From positions 971 to 64,970 of the forward strand of contig CAVZJM010000005.1 of the NCBI GenBank assembly GCA_963775625.1: DNA of 64,000 nucleotides. The letters run 5' to 3'. The position numbers were made by a program, and so were the translations under genes. The stretch is from an uncultured Actinomycetes bacterium (GTDB lineage Bacteria; Actinomycetota; Thermoleophilia; Gaiellales; Gaiellaceae). The notes under the pieces are model-generated. The model did not search any database. It was given only the letters and a program-made list of their open reading frames with translations, and was not told the origin of the DNA. Of the stretch, positions 36,622 through 47,215 are shown one piece after another (within the stretch, counting starts at the first letter, position 1; every line of letters begins with the position of its first letter).

Positions 36622-37238
36622 GACTCGATAGCGTAGGCGTCGACCCAGCCGTTGACGACGTCCCAGTCGAGGTTTCCGAAGAAGGCCTCGATGTAGGACG
36701 CGCGGTCGGTCTGGTAGTCGAGGAAGTAGGCGTGCTCGTACACGTCGAGCGCGACGAGGGGCGCCGTGTTCCAGATCGGGAACGTGTTCTGGGCGTCGCC
36801 GACGTAGTTGAAGAGGCGCTGCTCGTCGAAGTCGTAGGCGGTCCAGGCCCACCCGCGGCCGGCCATTCCCGTTGCCTTGAGGTCGGCGCGCCAGTCGTCG
36901 GCGCTGCCGAAGTCCCGCTCGATCAGCGCGCCGATCGCCCCGTCCGGGTTGCCGCCCGCGCCGCCGAGATGCTCGAAGTAGATCTCGTGGTTCTTGACGC
37001 CGCCGATGGCGAAGGTGAGGTCGACCTTGAGCGCGCGGATCTCGGAGTAGACCTGGTTGGCGGCGGCGAGGTCGACCTCGCCCAGCTTCACCAGGATCTC
37101 GTTCCGCTTCGCCACGTAGCCCTGGTAGAGCTTGTAGTGCGCCTCGACCGAGGCGCGGGAGATGCCGTCCATCTCGAGGAGCTCGGGCTTGAGCTCGCGC
37201 GCCGCGATCTCCGCCCGATTGAAAGCCAAGGTCGCCAT
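36618..37238 (-). CDS. Fe/Mn superoxide dismutase family protein
   Basis: Metal-ligand contexts EAHYKLYQGYV, VKNHEIYFEHL and LDVYEHAYFLDYQ. The rest of ORF 36618..38408 is a shadow frame. Confidence 0.85.
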   Translation of the reverse strand: MATLAFNRAEIAARELKPELLEMDGISRASVEAHYKLYQGYVAKRNEILVKLGEVDLAAANQVYSEIRALKVDLTFAIGGVKNHEIYFEHLGGAGGNPDGAIGALIERDFGSADDWRADLKATGMAGRGWAWTAYDFDEQRLFNYVGDAQNTFPIWNTAPLVALDVYEHAYFLDYQTDRASYIEAFFGNLDWDVVNGWVDAYAIES

Positions 37239-37307
37239 GCCAGCCTTTCCGTCGACTCGTTTACGCGCGCGGGAGCTTAGAGTTTCTGACGTAATGATGC
37301 CGCGCCG

Positions 37308-37973
37308 ATGGTTCCCTGCGTGACCGACTCCCTGACTGCACTCGTCACCGGCGGCACGGGGCGCGTGGGGAGCGCCGTCGCGGCGCGTCTCGAGGCGGAC
37401 GGCTTCCGCGTCCTGGCGGCCGGGCGCCGCGACGGCGACGTGTCCGATCCGGGCGCGGCCAGGGCCCTGGTGGAGCGCGCAGCCGGGGAGCTCGGGGGTC
37501 TCGACCTGCTCGTCCACGCGGCGGGCGCCGGTTTCGAGCCCACGCCGGTCGCGGAGGTCACGGAGGAGCTCTGGGACGCCGCCTTCGGCGCCACCGCGAA
37601 GGGCAGCTTCTTCGTGGCGCAGGCGGCGGCGGCGCACCTGCGCGCGTCGAGCCTCGGCCTCCTGATCCTGGTCGAGGACGTGGCCGCCTATCAGCCCTGG
37701 CCGGCCTTTGCGCCTCACTGCGCCGCGAAGGCCGCGCAGGCCATGCTCACCCGGGTGCTCGCGCGCGCTCTGGCGCCGGACGTGCGCGTGTGCGGCGTCG
37801 CGCCGGGCCCGGTGGCGGTCGAGCCGGGCCAGGAGGAGCGGCGCGCGGCGGAGACCCTGCTCGGCACGATCGGCTCTCCCGACGATGTCGCCGAAGCGGT
37901 CGTCTATCTCGTCAGGGCGCCGTTCGTCACCGGGACGTCCCTCGTGGTCGACGGCGGCCGGCTGCTGCGGTAG
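37308..37973 (+). CDS. short-chain dehydrogenase/reductase (SDR)
   Basis: Rossmann motif LVTGGTGRVGSAV; a YxxxK-equivalent region HCAAK; C-terminal VTGTSLVVDGG. Confidence 0.8.
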   Translation: MVPCVTDSLTALVTGGTGRVGSAVAARLEADGFRVLAAGRRDGDVSDPGAARALVERAAGELGGLDLLVHAAGAGFEPTPVAEVTEELWDAAFGATAKGSFFVAQAAAAHLRASSLGLLILVEDVAAYQPWPAFAPHCAAKAAQAMLTRVLARALAPDVRVCGVAPGPVAVEPGQEERRAAETLLGTIGSPDDVAEAVVYLVRAPFVTGTSLVVDGGRLLR

Positions 37974-38030
37974 CGCGAGCGCCCGGGGCACGAAACCGGA
38001 GCGGGGTTGAGTTTCGTATAGCCGTGGCGT

Positions 38031-38585
38031 ATGTCTGTCGTCATGGCAACCGCCGAGAGCGATTCCCGCCTTCTCGAACGCGTCGCGGGTGGCGACCGGG
38101 ACGCGTTCACGGAGCTCTACCGACGCTTCGCGCGCCCCGTCCTGGCGATGGCCGTCCGCCAGCTCGGCGACAACGGCCGCGCGGAGGAGGCTGCGCAGGA
38201 GACCTTTGCCGCGGTGTGGCGCTCGGCGCGCAGCTATCGACCCGAGCGCGGCACGGCCTCCGCCTGGCTCTACGCGGTGGCGCGCCACGCCATCATCGAC
38301 CGAGCCCGCCAGCGGCGGGAGCCGGCGGTCGAGGTGCCCGAGGAGGCGAGCACCGACGCGGGGCCCGACGAGCAGGCCGAGGGCGCCTGGCTCGCCTGGC
38401 GGGTGCACAGCGCGCTCGAGCAGCTACCCGAGCGTGAGCGCGCCGTGCTCGAGCTCGCGTACTGGAGCGGTCTCTCCCAGGCCGAGATCGCCAGCTACCT
38501 CGACGTCCCGCTCGGCACGGTCAAGACGAGGACCCGCACCGGCCTGTCCCGTCTGGCCGGCATGCTGGAGGAGGTGCGGGCATGA
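38031..38585 (+). CDS. ECF-type RNA polymerase sigma factor
   Basis: Region 2 reads FTELYRRFARPVLAMAVRQL...AEEAAQETF, and region 4 LSQAEIASYLDVPLGTVKTRTRTGL. Confidence 0.85.
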   Translation: MSVVMATAESDSRLLERVAGGDRDAFTELYRRFARPVLAMAVRQLGDNGRAEEAAQETFAAVWRSARSYRPERGTASAWLYAVARHAIIDRARQRREPAVEVPEEASTDAGPDEQAEGAWLAWRVHSALEQLPERERAVLELAYWSGLSQAEIASYLDVPLGTVKTRTRTGLSRLAGMLEEVRA

Positions 38586-39187
38586 GAGAGCCTCCGGATC
38601 TCCGCGATCTCGTCGGCCACGAGCTCCCGCCCGAGAAGCTCGAAGAGCTCCGGGGCGTGGACGCGACGCTTCGCCGGGTCCCGGCGCCGCCGCACGAAGT
38701 GCCGGCAACGTTGACTGCGGCCGTCGCAGAGGTGCCGCTCGCCGGCCGAGGCGCGCATCACCGCCGCCGGGTGGCGCTGGCGCTCGCCTTCGCGACGGTG
38801 CTCGCGGCGGCGGCGTTCGGAATCGGCCATTGGGCCGGAAGCAGCTTCGGCACCGAGTACACCGTGGAGATGGCGCCGACGGCGAGCGCGCCCGGCGCGG
38901 AGGCCGCGGTCCACGTCGGCGAGCGGGACGAGCGCTCCGGCAACGTCGAGCTCCTCGTCGACGTCTCCGGGCTCCCCGAGCTCGACGACGACGGCAACTA
39001 CGCCCTCTGGCTCGAGCGCAACGGGGAGTGGGCCGCGACCTGCGGCTACTTCGCCGTCGGCGAGGAGACGACCAGCGTCCGCATGACGGTCTCCTACGAC
39101 TTCCGGGACTTCGACGCGTGGATGATCTCGGAGGCCGATCGAGAGGACGCTCCACCCCTCCTCACGGCAGAGATCCCCGACCCGTAA
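38582..39187 (+). CDS. putative anti-sigma factor (single TM, RskA-like C-terminal domain)
   Basis: It overlaps the sigma gene stop by 4 nt. It has a central TM helix VALALAFATVLAAAAFGIG followed by an extracytoplasmic beta-rich domain. Confidence 0.6.
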   Translation: MREPPDLRDLVGHELPPEKLEELRGVDATLRRVPAPPHEVPATLTAAVAEVPLAGRGAHHRRRVALALAFATVLAAAAFGIGHWAGSSFGTEYTVEMAPTASAPGAEAAVHVGERDERSGNVELLVDVSGLPELDDDGNYALWLERNGEWAATCGYFAVGEETTSVRMTVSYDFRDFDAWMISEADREDAPPLLTAEIPDP

Positions 39188-39192
39188 CGGTT

Positions 39193-39903
39193 CTACGGAG
39201 CCACGCGGCCCGCGGCGACGAAGGCCTCGTACGTGACCGGCATCTCGTCGGCGAGAAAGCGCTCGCACGCGTCGGCGTACCGCCTGATCTCTCGCTGCGC
39301 GGTCTCGGAGGCTCGCAGGGAGACGAAGTTCATGAGCGAGCGGGCGTTGACCGTCCAGTAGAACTCCGTATAGGCGCCGACGGGCATCACGGCGCGCGCG
39401 AGCTCGCGCGCCACGCCCTGCTCGACCAGCCGCTCGTAGGCCGCATAGGCCGCCTCGTACACAGCTTGCAGCTCTTCGCGGGCCGCCTCGGCCAGCTCGC
39501 CCTCCACCGGCTCGAAGGAGTACGACCCTGGCTTGCCGACCTGCGTGCGCACGTCGTCGGCGTCGGGCACGTAGAAGTCGTCCGTCGCCTTCGCATAGCG
39601 CATGCTGAACTCGTTGAAGGAGCCGACGCGGTGGCGCATCCACTCGCGCACGACGAAGATCGGCGCCCGGATGTGGAAGCGGAAGGCGTTATGTTCGAAT
39701 GGTGTTCCGTGCCGCTCGCGGAGCAAGAAGCGGATCAGTCCGGCGTCGCCGTCGTCCATCTCCTCCTTGCGCCGGGCGAAGCTCACGCGGGCGGCGTTGA
39801 CGACCGAGAGGTCGCTCGCCATCGCCTCGTCGAGCCTGACGAATCCGTGGTCCAGGACCTCGATCGTGCGGTCGGTGGGGAGGGAAGAGGACGCGACGCT
39901 CAC
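39193..39903 (-). CDS. thyX: FAD-dependent thymidylate synthase ThyX
   Basis: ThyX signature RHRVGSFNEFSMRY, with typical length. Confidence 0.9.
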   Translation of the reverse strand: MSVASSSLPTDRTIEVLDHGFVRLDEAMASDLSVVNAARVSFARRKEEMDDGDAGLIRFLLRERHGTPFEHNAFRFHIRAPIFVVREWMRHRVGSFNEFSMRYAKATDDFYVPDADDVRTQVGKPGSYSFEPVEGELAEAAREELQAVYEAAYAAYERLVEQGVARELARAVMPVGAYTEFYWTVNARSLMNFVSLRASETAQREIRRYADACERFLADEMPVTYEAFVAAGRVAP

Positions 39904-39958
39904 CGAAATCGAGTCTAACGGCCGGTCCCGTCGATGCCGAAGGTTTCAGTAGAGTTTT

Positions 39959-41630
39959 ATGCGGCAGATGCGGCAAGCGGGGTCACCGATGCGAGGTCTG
40001 GGCCTGACGGCCTGCTCCGCGGCGCTCCTGCTCGCAACGGCCATGCCGGCGTGGGCCCAGGAGCCGGGACACCCGCTCCCGCCCCCCGTTCCGGTGGCCG
40101 ACGACGCCCTGACCGCGGCGCTCGAGACGGGCGAGCTGACCGAGGCCGAGTACGCGCTCGAGCGCGCCCGCAGCGTCTTCCAGCTCGGGAGGGTTCGCCG
40201 GGAGTTCGGCGACGTCGAGCAGCCGGGGCCTCGTGACGCGACCCTCATCCTCCGCGACCTTGCTCTCCGGGCGAACGACCTGGATGGAAGCGATCGCGCG
40301 CTTGCGGAAGCGATCCTCGCCCGTCCCACCGAGGGAGGCGTTCCCGGCTTCACCCACGCATACTCAACCGCCTCCAACTTCACGTGCGGAGCCGCACATG
40401 TGCTTCCACTGGGTGGCGACGACCGAGGACGCGGCGGCTCCGGATTGGGTGGCCACCGTGCAGGAGACCTGGCAGGAGGCCTGGGATGCCGAGATCGAGG
40501 CGCTCGGGTATCGACCGCCTCGATTCGACGGGGCGTCGAATCAGACCGACGGCCCCGCCGGAGTGGACAGGCGCAAGCTCGACGTCTACATCCTCGATCT
40601 GGGCGAGGACGGCGTCTTCGGTTACTGCGCCCAGCTGAGCGGCGGCCTGACGCCGCCGGTCTACTGCGCCGTCGACAACGACTACGCCGCCAACCAGTTC
40701 GGAGCGAGCCAGGCACCGGAGGGCTTCCTCCAGGTGACTTCCGCGCACGAGTTTCACCATGCCTCGCAGGCGGCGTATGACTTCGGCGAGGACTACTGGC
40801 TGCTCGAAGGCACCGCGGCGAACATCGAGGAGACCGTCTACCCGACGATCGACGACAACGTCAACTTCCTCTCCTTCTGGAGCCCTCTGTCCCGACCCGG
40901 CTCGCCGCTCGACCGCGGCGGCTTCGGGAACTCCGAGTACGGGGCGTGGATCTTCTGGCGATACCTCGAGGAGAAGATCGGGAGCAACCACTTGATCCTG
41001 CGCGATATCTGGGAGCGCGCGGACGTCTTCGACCCCACGCCCGGCAATCCCGGCGACGAGCCTCCGGACGACTACTCGCTTCTGGCCGTCCGCCACGAGC
41101 TCACCCAGCGCGGCCGGGCCTTCTCCGACGTGTTCGCGGGCTTCGCGACCGCGAACCGCCGGCTCGACTACGCCGACGCCGAGGACGCCGACTACCCCGT
41201 TCCGCCGCTGACCAAGACCTTCATGGTCGGCAGGCAAAGGCCTGACACCGGCTGGCGGCTCTGGAGAATCGACCATCTGGCGGCGCGCTTCGTCGCCTTC
41301 AAGCCGAGCAAGCAGGTGCCGGCCGGCGCGAGGCTCCGGGTGATCACCCGCCTGCCCGAGAACGGCGCGGCGGCGACGCTTATCGTCGTCAAGGCCGACG
41401 GCTCCACGAGCGCGCGGCGGCTCGTGCGGAACGCACAGGGCAAGGCCCGCGGCACGACGCGCTTCGGGCACGGGGTCGTCAAGCGCATCGAGGTCGTGCT
41501 CTCGAACGGGAGCACGCGGATCCCGTTCGCATCCTGCTGGAAGTCCCCCGGCCCTCCGTCGTACTCGTGTCAGGGAAACCCGCTCGACGACCGCCGGGTC
41601 TTCGAGCTCCGCGGCAAGCTGCTGCCGTAG
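39959..41630 (+). CDS. secreted HExxH metallopeptidase-like protein, interrupted by a frameshift
   Basis: The signal peptide (LTACSAALLLATAMPAWA) and N-terminal domain are in the frame of ORF 39959..40780. The body, with HMCFHWV and SAHEFHHASQ, is in ORF 40233..41630. The frames join near 40381..40400. Confidence 0.6.
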
Positions 41631-41651
41631 AGCACGTCTCAAGATGAAGCC

Positions 41652-41781
41652 CTGTGCCGCCGGGCCGCGCTGCTCGCCCCGAGGACTGCGTCCTCAGTCG
41701 CGCCCGTAGCCTCCGGCTACGAGCGCTCCCTGCGTCCTTGTCTCGGAACGACCATCGCACCCCGACGACGAGGCGTCATTC
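41652..41781 (-). repeat. structured intergenic repeat, copy 2 (inverted relative to copy 1)
   Basis: Near-identical to the reverse complement of 7381..7515 over about 130 nt. Confidence 0.7.
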
Positions 41782-41793
41782 TGAAACGTGCTC

Positions 41794-42546
41794 TTAGAGT
41801 CGGCCGGCGGCGACGATCCTCTGGAGGAACTGCTGCGTCCGCGGCTCGCGCGGCGCCGTGAAGATCTGCTCGGGGTCTCCCTGCTCCAGGATCACACCCT
41901 CGTCCAGAAAGCAGACGCGGACGGCGATGTCACGCGCGAAGGACATCTCGTGCGTCGCGATCAGCATCGTCATCCCGCCCTCGGCCAACTCCCGGATGAC
42001 GCTCAGCACCTCGGCGACGAGCTCCGGGTCGAGCGCGCTCGTCACCTCGTCGAGGAGCATGAGCTCGGGCTGCATCGCCAGCGCGCGGACGATCGCCACC
42101 CGCTGCTGCTGGCCCCCCGACAGCCGGTCAGGGTAGTCCCCGGCACGATCGGCGAGCCCGAAACGGCCGAGCAGCCCGAGCGCCGCCTCCTCGGCCTCCG
42201 CGCGCGGCCTCCCGAGCGCTTGGGTCGGGCCGAGGGTCACGTTCCGGAGCACGGTCATGTGCGGGAAGAGGTTGAAGGCCTGGAAGACGATCCCGATACG
42301 CCGCCGAACCCGGTCGACGCGGACACCGGGCGCCGTGATCTCGTCGCCGCCGAGCACGACGCGACCCTCGTCGATCGGCTCTAGGAGGTTGACGCAGCGC
42401 AGGAGCGTCGACTTCCCCGATCCGGAGGCGCCGATCAGGCAGACGACCTCGTGGGCGGCCAGCTCGAGGTCGATCCCCTTCAACACCTCGTGCTTGCCGA
42501 AGGACTTGTGGACGTCCTCGAGCACGAGGGCAGGCACCTGGTTCAC
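41794..42546 (-). CDS. polar amino acid ABC transporter ATP-binding protein
   Basis: Walker A GASGSGKST, signature LSGGQQQRVAI, Walker B LMLLDE. Confidence 0.9.
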   Translation of the reverse strand: MNQVPALVLEDVHKSFGKHEVLKGIDLELAAHEVVCLIGASGSGKSTLLRCVNLLEPIDEGRVVLGGDEITAPGVRVDRVRRRIGIVFQAFNLFPHMTVLRNVTLGPTQALGRPRAEAEEAALGLLGRFGLADRAGDYPDRLSGGQQQRVAIVRALAMQPELMLLDEVTSALDPELVAEVLSVIRELAEGGMTMLIATHEMSFARDIAVRVCFLDEGVILEQGDPEQIFTAPREPRTQQFLQRIVAAGRL

Positions 42547-43376
42547 GTCTGGCCTCCGCCGGCGAGCTGGCGGCGCCGGTCACGGGCGACGAGCCAGTCG
42601 GTCAGCCGCGTGAGCGGGATCGTGAGCAGGACGAAGAGGATCGCGGCGACCAGGTACGGCGTGAAGTTGAAGGTCGCAGAGGATTCGATGCTGGACTGGC
42701 GGAACGCCTCGACGACGCCGAGCAGGCCGACAAGGGCCGTGTCCTTCTGGAGGCCGATGAAGTCGTTGAGCAGCGGCGGGATGACGCGTCGCACCGCCTG
42801 CGGGATCACGACGAAGCGCATGGCCTTCAAGTGGGAGAGCCCGAGCGAGCGTGCAGCTGCCGTCTGGCTGGGGTGCACGGACTCGATGCCCGCGCGGTAG
42901 ACCTCGGAGACGTAGGCGGAATAGACGAGCACGAGCGCGACGACTCCCCAGAAGAGCTCGCTCTCGATGCCGAACGGGTCGAGCGGAAGCCACGTGAGCC
43001 CGAGAGCCGGTATCCCGAAACCGAGGATGTAGACGAGGAGGATCGTCGGGATCCCGCGGAAGAGATCCGCGTAGACGATCGTGAACGCGCGCACCGGAAA
43101 GAACACCGGCCCCGGCAGGCTGCGCAGGACCGCGATCAGGAGCGCCAGCGGGAGGATGAACAGCTCGGCGACCAGGAAGATCTTGATGTTCAGCAGGAAC
43201 GCCTTCGGGATGACCTCGAGCGATTCCCTGAAGACCTCGCCGTTGAAGAAAAGCCGCTTGACCTCCGGCCACCCGGGCGCCGTCGAGACAACGAAGACGA
43301 CGACCACCGCGAACACGATCGTGCTCGCCAGAGCGATCAGGGTGCTTCGCCGTCCGGAGGCGCCGGAGCCTCTCAA
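42543..43376 (-). CDS. amino acid ABC transporter permease (HisM/GlnP type)
   Basis: Polytopic protein with the EAA-like loop region AARSLGLSHLKAMRFVVIPQA. It overlaps the ATPase gene. Confidence 0.85.
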   Translation of the reverse strand: MRGSGASGRRSTLIALASTIVFAVVVVFVVSTAPGWPEVKRLFFNGEVFRESLEVIPKAFLLNIKIFLVAELFILPLALLIAVLRSLPGPVFFPVRAFTIVYADLFRGIPTILLVYILGFGIPALGLTWLPLDPFGIESELFWGVVALVLVYSAYVSEVYRAGIESVHPSQTAAARSLGLSHLKAMRFVVIPQAVRRVIPPLLNDFIGLQKDTALVGLLGVVEAFRQSSIESSATFNFTPYLVAAILFVLLTIPLTRLTDWLVARDRRRQLAGGGQT

Positions 43377-43383
43377 GCGGGCG

Positions 43384-44292
43384 CTACTCGAGGACGGGTG
43401 GAGCGGATGCGTTGATCCACTCCTCCTGGAACTGCTCGATCGTCCCGTCCGCCTGGAGCACGGCGATCGCCTCGTTGACGCAGTCTCGCAGCGGGTTCCC
43501 CTCCTCGAAGAGGAACCCGAGGTACTCCTCGCCGGCCGGGAGCCGCCCGACGATCTTCCCCTTCGGGACCTGGACGGCCGTGACGTAGAGGGAGGTCGGG
43601 AAGTCGACGACGATCCCGTCGATCTGCCCGTTCTTCAGCGCCGTGATCGCGTCGATGTTCTTGTCGAAGACCGCGGGATCCTGGTCGGGCTGAACCACGT
43701 CGACGATCGCGTCGTAGCTCGTTGTGCCCAGCTGCGCGCCGAGCTTCGCTCCCTTCAGGTCGGCCAGCGAGGTGGCACCCGCGAACTCCGAGTCCTTCAA
43801 CGTGACGACGGCCTGCTCGACGTCGTAGTAGGAGTCGCTGAAGTCGACAGCCTCGTCCCGCTTCGGTGTGTACGAGACCTGGTTGACGTAGAAGTCGAAG
43901 TCCTTCGGGCCCGGCTTGAACGAGTTGTTGAACGGCACGACGACCCAGCGAACCTCGTCCGGGCTGAACCCCATCTGCTCGACGACGGCTGCGGTCACGG
44001 CGGCCTCGTAGCCCTGGTCGGTCGGCGGGCCGGTGGGATCCCACGGGGCGCCCTCGGCGTCCTGGAACCACGGCGGGAAGGACGGGTTGTCGGCGCCGAT
44101 CGAGAGCGAGCCGTCGACGACGGTCTCGAGCTCGTCCTTGGCGCACGGGTCGGGCTCGTCGGCGGCCGCGGCCGTGTCGGTCGCCACGTCGGTGGCCGCG
44201 GGCTCTTGCGTCGCCTCGTCGTCGTCACTGCCGCACGCTGCCGTCACACCGAGGAGTGCGACGAGAAGCAGGAGTGCGAGTGGCTTCCGCAT
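43384..44292 (-). CDS. amino acid ABC transporter substrate-binding lipoprotein (family 3)
   Basis: The ATG at 44292 gives MRKPLALLLLVALLGVTAACGS, which contains a lipobox. The body is typical of SBP_bac_3 proteins. Confidence 0.85.
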   Translation of the reverse strand: MRKPLALLLLVALLGVTAACGSDDDEATQEPAATDVATDTAAAADEPDPCAKDELETVVDGSLSIGADNPSFPPWFQDAEGAPWDPTGPPTDQGYEAAVTAAVVEQMGFSPDEVRWVVVPFNNSFKPGPKDFDFYVNQVSYTPKRDEAVDFSDSYYDVEQAVVTLKDSEFAGATSLADLKGAKLGAQLGTTSYDAIVDVVQPDQDPAVFDKNIDAITALKNGQIDGIVVDFPTSLYVTAVQVPKGKIVGRLPAGEEYLGFLFEEGNPLRDCVNEAIAVLQADGTIEQFQEEWINASAPPVLE

Positions 44293-44526
44293 GCGTTCGC
44301 CCGACCCGATCCGGGGGGGTGCCGAGACTACCACGAACCGGCAGGGAGCCTGGCTTGACCTTGCCTGGCCGATGCTCTTGAATGGCCTGGTTGCTTCAGC
44401 GGCGATCGAGGGGATGCCGCGTGCGGGCCGGGACGAGCATGAGCGCTACCGCACTGTGTTCGAGCTGGCTGTGCCACGGGCACCGCGCCGCTTCATGAGG
44501 GGGCTCGACACCCCTTCGCGTCTTCC

Positions 44527-47151
44527 ATGAGGAGGTGCTTCGACTTGGCAGGCAGACTTCGAAGACTCGTCCTACTGACGCTGGCGGTGCTCACCGTCTC
44601 GCTCGGGTTGGCGGGCAACGCCGGGGCGCAGCTGACGCCGCCGTGGTGCGGCACGCCGGAGTCCGACGCGGCAGAAAACCTTCCGGACGGAACCGACCCG
44701 GCCGACCCGCCCGGCAGCTTCCCGCACATCCCCTACTACGCGATCGGCTGCACGCTCGACCAGATCGAGGCCGATCAGCTCGGCAACCGCATGACCGTGG
44801 AGGTCATCGGCCAGTCCGCGCTCGGGCGGCCGCTCTACGGGGTCGTCTTCAACCCGCGCGAGACGCCGCAGCAGATCCGCGACTATCAGCGCTGGGTTCA
44901 GTACCGCGGCCTCGCGCTCACGAATCCCGCGCGCGCGCAGGAGCTCCTGGATCGCTGGGGCGCCAACATCAAGGTCCCCGTCTTCGTCAACGGCGCCATC
45001 CACGGGAACGAGTACGAGGGCGTCGAGTCGAACATGCAGCTCATCGAGGAGCTGGCCACGACCCCGTACGGCGCGAACGCGAAGTTCGACGACATCCTCA
45101 ACCACGTCATCCTCGTCTTCAACGTGATCCAGAACCCGGACGGCCGCGTGGCCGGGACGAGGGCCAACGGCAACGGCTTCGACATGAACCGCGACTTCCT
45201 CACGCAGTCGCAGTCGGAGGTCCGGGCCACGGTGGCGCAGATTCAGAAGTGGCTGCCGGTCGAGGTGCTCGACCTCCACGGCTACGTCACCCCGACGCTG
45301 ATCGAGGCGACGACGAAGCCCCACAACCCGAGCATCGAGTACGACCTCTGGCTCAAGTGGAACCAGGACCGGATCGACTTCAACGAGGCCGCCATGAACG
45401 CGGCGGGCTTCGACGTCACGCGGCCGATCAACGACTGGTGCGCCGACGGGAGCATCCCGGTCGCCGGCATCTGCGACGACGGCACGGACCGGTTCGGCCC
45501 GCAGTGGGCCGAGAGCTGGGACGACTGGGGCCCGTTCTACACGCCGATGTACGCACAGCACGTCGGCCTCGACGGCTCCACGGTCGAGATGTGCAACCAG
45601 ACGGACGGCGACTGCGGAATCCCGGGCGACGCCATTGCGGAAACGCCCGGCCGCCTGGGCTCGTTCGAGATCCAGTACAACGTCACGACCTCGTCGCTCG
45701 AGTACGTGTCGGCGAACCGCAACGAGATGCTCCACGACGAGGCCGAGCGGTATCGCCGCGGCGTCGCGGGCGAGGCTCGCGTCGACTGCTGCGATCCCCC
45801 GTTCGACGTCGACAACAACTGGATGAAGGAGTTCCCCGACGCGTACGTGATCCCGGTCGACACCGGCCAGCGGTCGAACGCCGAGGCGAAGCGCCTCGTC
45901 GACTGGCTGCTCAGGAACGGAATCGAGGTGGACACGCTTCGCTTCGGGACGACCTTCGACGGCGTCGTCTTCGACAGGGGCTCGTACGTCGTCTGGATGG
46001 ACCAGGCGCATCGCGGGCTCGCCGACACGGCGCTCAACGTCGGTCTCGACGTCTCCGACCGGATCAGCATCCTCTACGCGCCTCCGGCAGCCTGGAGCCA
46101 CGGCTACCTCTGGGGCGCCGACATCGTCGAGATCCCGCTCGACTCCGGCTTCTCGCCGGTGACCAACCGGATCACCAGGACGACGACGCCTCCGGGCGGC
46201 GTCGAGGCCGGCCGTGCCGACGCCTATGCGCTCGAGCTGGACTCGGCGACGGCCGTGCGCGTCCTCAACTTGCTGGTCGGAGGTGGACTGACGGCCGAGA
46301 TGGCGCTCGAAGCGTTCCCGGCCAGGACGGGCGGCACGCTGCCGGCCGGCACGATCCTCTTCGGGGCCGATCAGGCCACGAAGGTGAAGCTGGCAACGGC
46401 GGGCCGCAACAACGGCCTCCTGTTCCGGCGACTCCTGGCCACGGATCTTCCGGCCTCGACCGATCCGATCGACCGCGTCCCGCGGATCGTCGCCCTGACG
46501 GGCGCCGTGAACCAGGACGTCTGGTCGCTCCGGAACCTCGCGTTCCCGGTGGACTTCATGACGACGGGCGCGATCAACTCGGCCCCGACCGATCCACTCG
46601 TGAACTACGACGTGATCTGGAACACCGGGAACTGGCCGAGCGCGGCACAGCCGACCGCCCGGGCCCGCCTGACGGCGTTCTTCCTCGCCGGCGGCGGATA
46701 CCTGGGATCGGGCCAGGGTGGGGCGAACTTCCTCACGGCCGGGCTCCAGACCACCAGCATGGTCGTGGACGATTCGGTGCCTCCGGGCGAACCGAACGTC
46801 GGCGAGAGCGGAATCATCCGCTGGGTGAACGAGGGTTCGGCAAGCCCGATCACAGGCGCATACCCGGCAGAGGACACGGCGATCGTCGATCCGCCGATCT
46901 GGTTCTCCGCGGTGCCGGCGTCCTTCTCGGTGGACGCACGGCTGCCGCTGACGGACTTCTTCCTCTCGGGCATGTGGCACCTGGACGAGCCCGACTCGGC
47001 AGGGGCTCCCGGATCGCCGTTCGTCATCCACGGGATGAACGACGCCGCCACGTCCCGACTCGTGAGCTTCGCGATGAACCCGCTCTACCGGGCGGATCCG
47101 GAGCGCGAGTGGCCGATGGTCGGCGCAGGCGCCTACTGGGCAGACCAGTAG
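44527..47151 (+). CDS. secreted M14 family zinc carboxypeptidase with large C-terminal extension
   Basis: Signal peptide, then zinc motif NGAIHGNEYEG and NPDGRV. ORFs 44535..47492 and 44572..47166 are shadow frames. Confidence 0.8.
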   Translation: MRRCFDLAGRLRRLVLLTLAVLTVSLGLAGNAGAQLTPPWCGTPESDAAENLPDGTDPADPPGSFPHIPYYAIGCTLDQIEADQLGNRMTVEVIGQSALGRPLYGVVFNPRETPQQIRDYQRWVQYRGLALTNPARAQELLDRWGANIKVPVFVNGAIHGNEYEGVESNMQLIEELATTPYGANAKFDDILNHVILVFNVIQNPDGRVAGTRANGNGFDMNRDFLTQSQSEVRATVAQIQKWLPVEVLDLHGYVTPTLIEATTKPHNPSIEYDLWLKWNQDRIDFNEAAMNAAGFDVTRPINDWCADGSIPVAGICDDGTDRFGPQWAESWDDWGPFYTPMYAQHVGLDGSTVEMCNQTDGDCGIPGDAIAETPGRLGSFEIQYNVTTSSLEYVSANRNEMLHDEAERYRRGVAGEARVDCCDPPFDVDNNWMKEFPDAYVIPVDTGQRSNAEAKRLVDWLLRNGIEVDTLRFGTTFDGVVFDRGSYVVWMDQAHRGLADTALNVGLDVSDRISILYAPPAAWSHGYLWGADIVEIPLDSGFSPVTNRITRTTTPPGGVEAGRADAYALELDSATAVRVLNLLVGGGLTAEMALEAFPARTGGTLPAGTILFGADQATKVKLATAGRNNGLLFRRLLATDLPASTDPIDRVPRIVALTGAVNQDVWSLRNLAFPVDFMTTGAINSAPTDPLVNYDVIWNTGNWPSAAQPTARARLTAFFLAGGGYLGSGQGGANFLTAGLQTTSMVVDDSVPPGEPNVGESGIIRWVNEGSASPITGAYPAEDTAIVDPPIWFSAVPASFSVDARLPLTDFFLSGMWHLDEPDSAGAPGSPFVIHGMNDAATSRLVSFAMNPLYRADPEREWPMVGAGAYWADQ

Positions 47152-47180
47152 ACGGCCAACCGTCAACTAAGCAACCAGCG

Positions 47181-47206
47181 CGAGGGGCGGGGAAACCCGC
47201 CCCTCG
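47181..47206. terminator. stem-loop between convergent genes
   Basis: CGAGGGGCGGG-GAAA-CCCGCCCCTCG, followed by TCTTCC. Confidence 0.6.
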
Positions 47207-47215
47207 TCTTCCCAC

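Noticed and set aside
44355-44383. Sigma-70-like promoter TTGACC-17 nt-TTGAAT upstream of the carboxypeptidase gene
   Set aside because: The -10 element matches only 4 of 6 positions, and I do not know the promoter consensus for this lineage. The evidence is too weak to list it as a feature.
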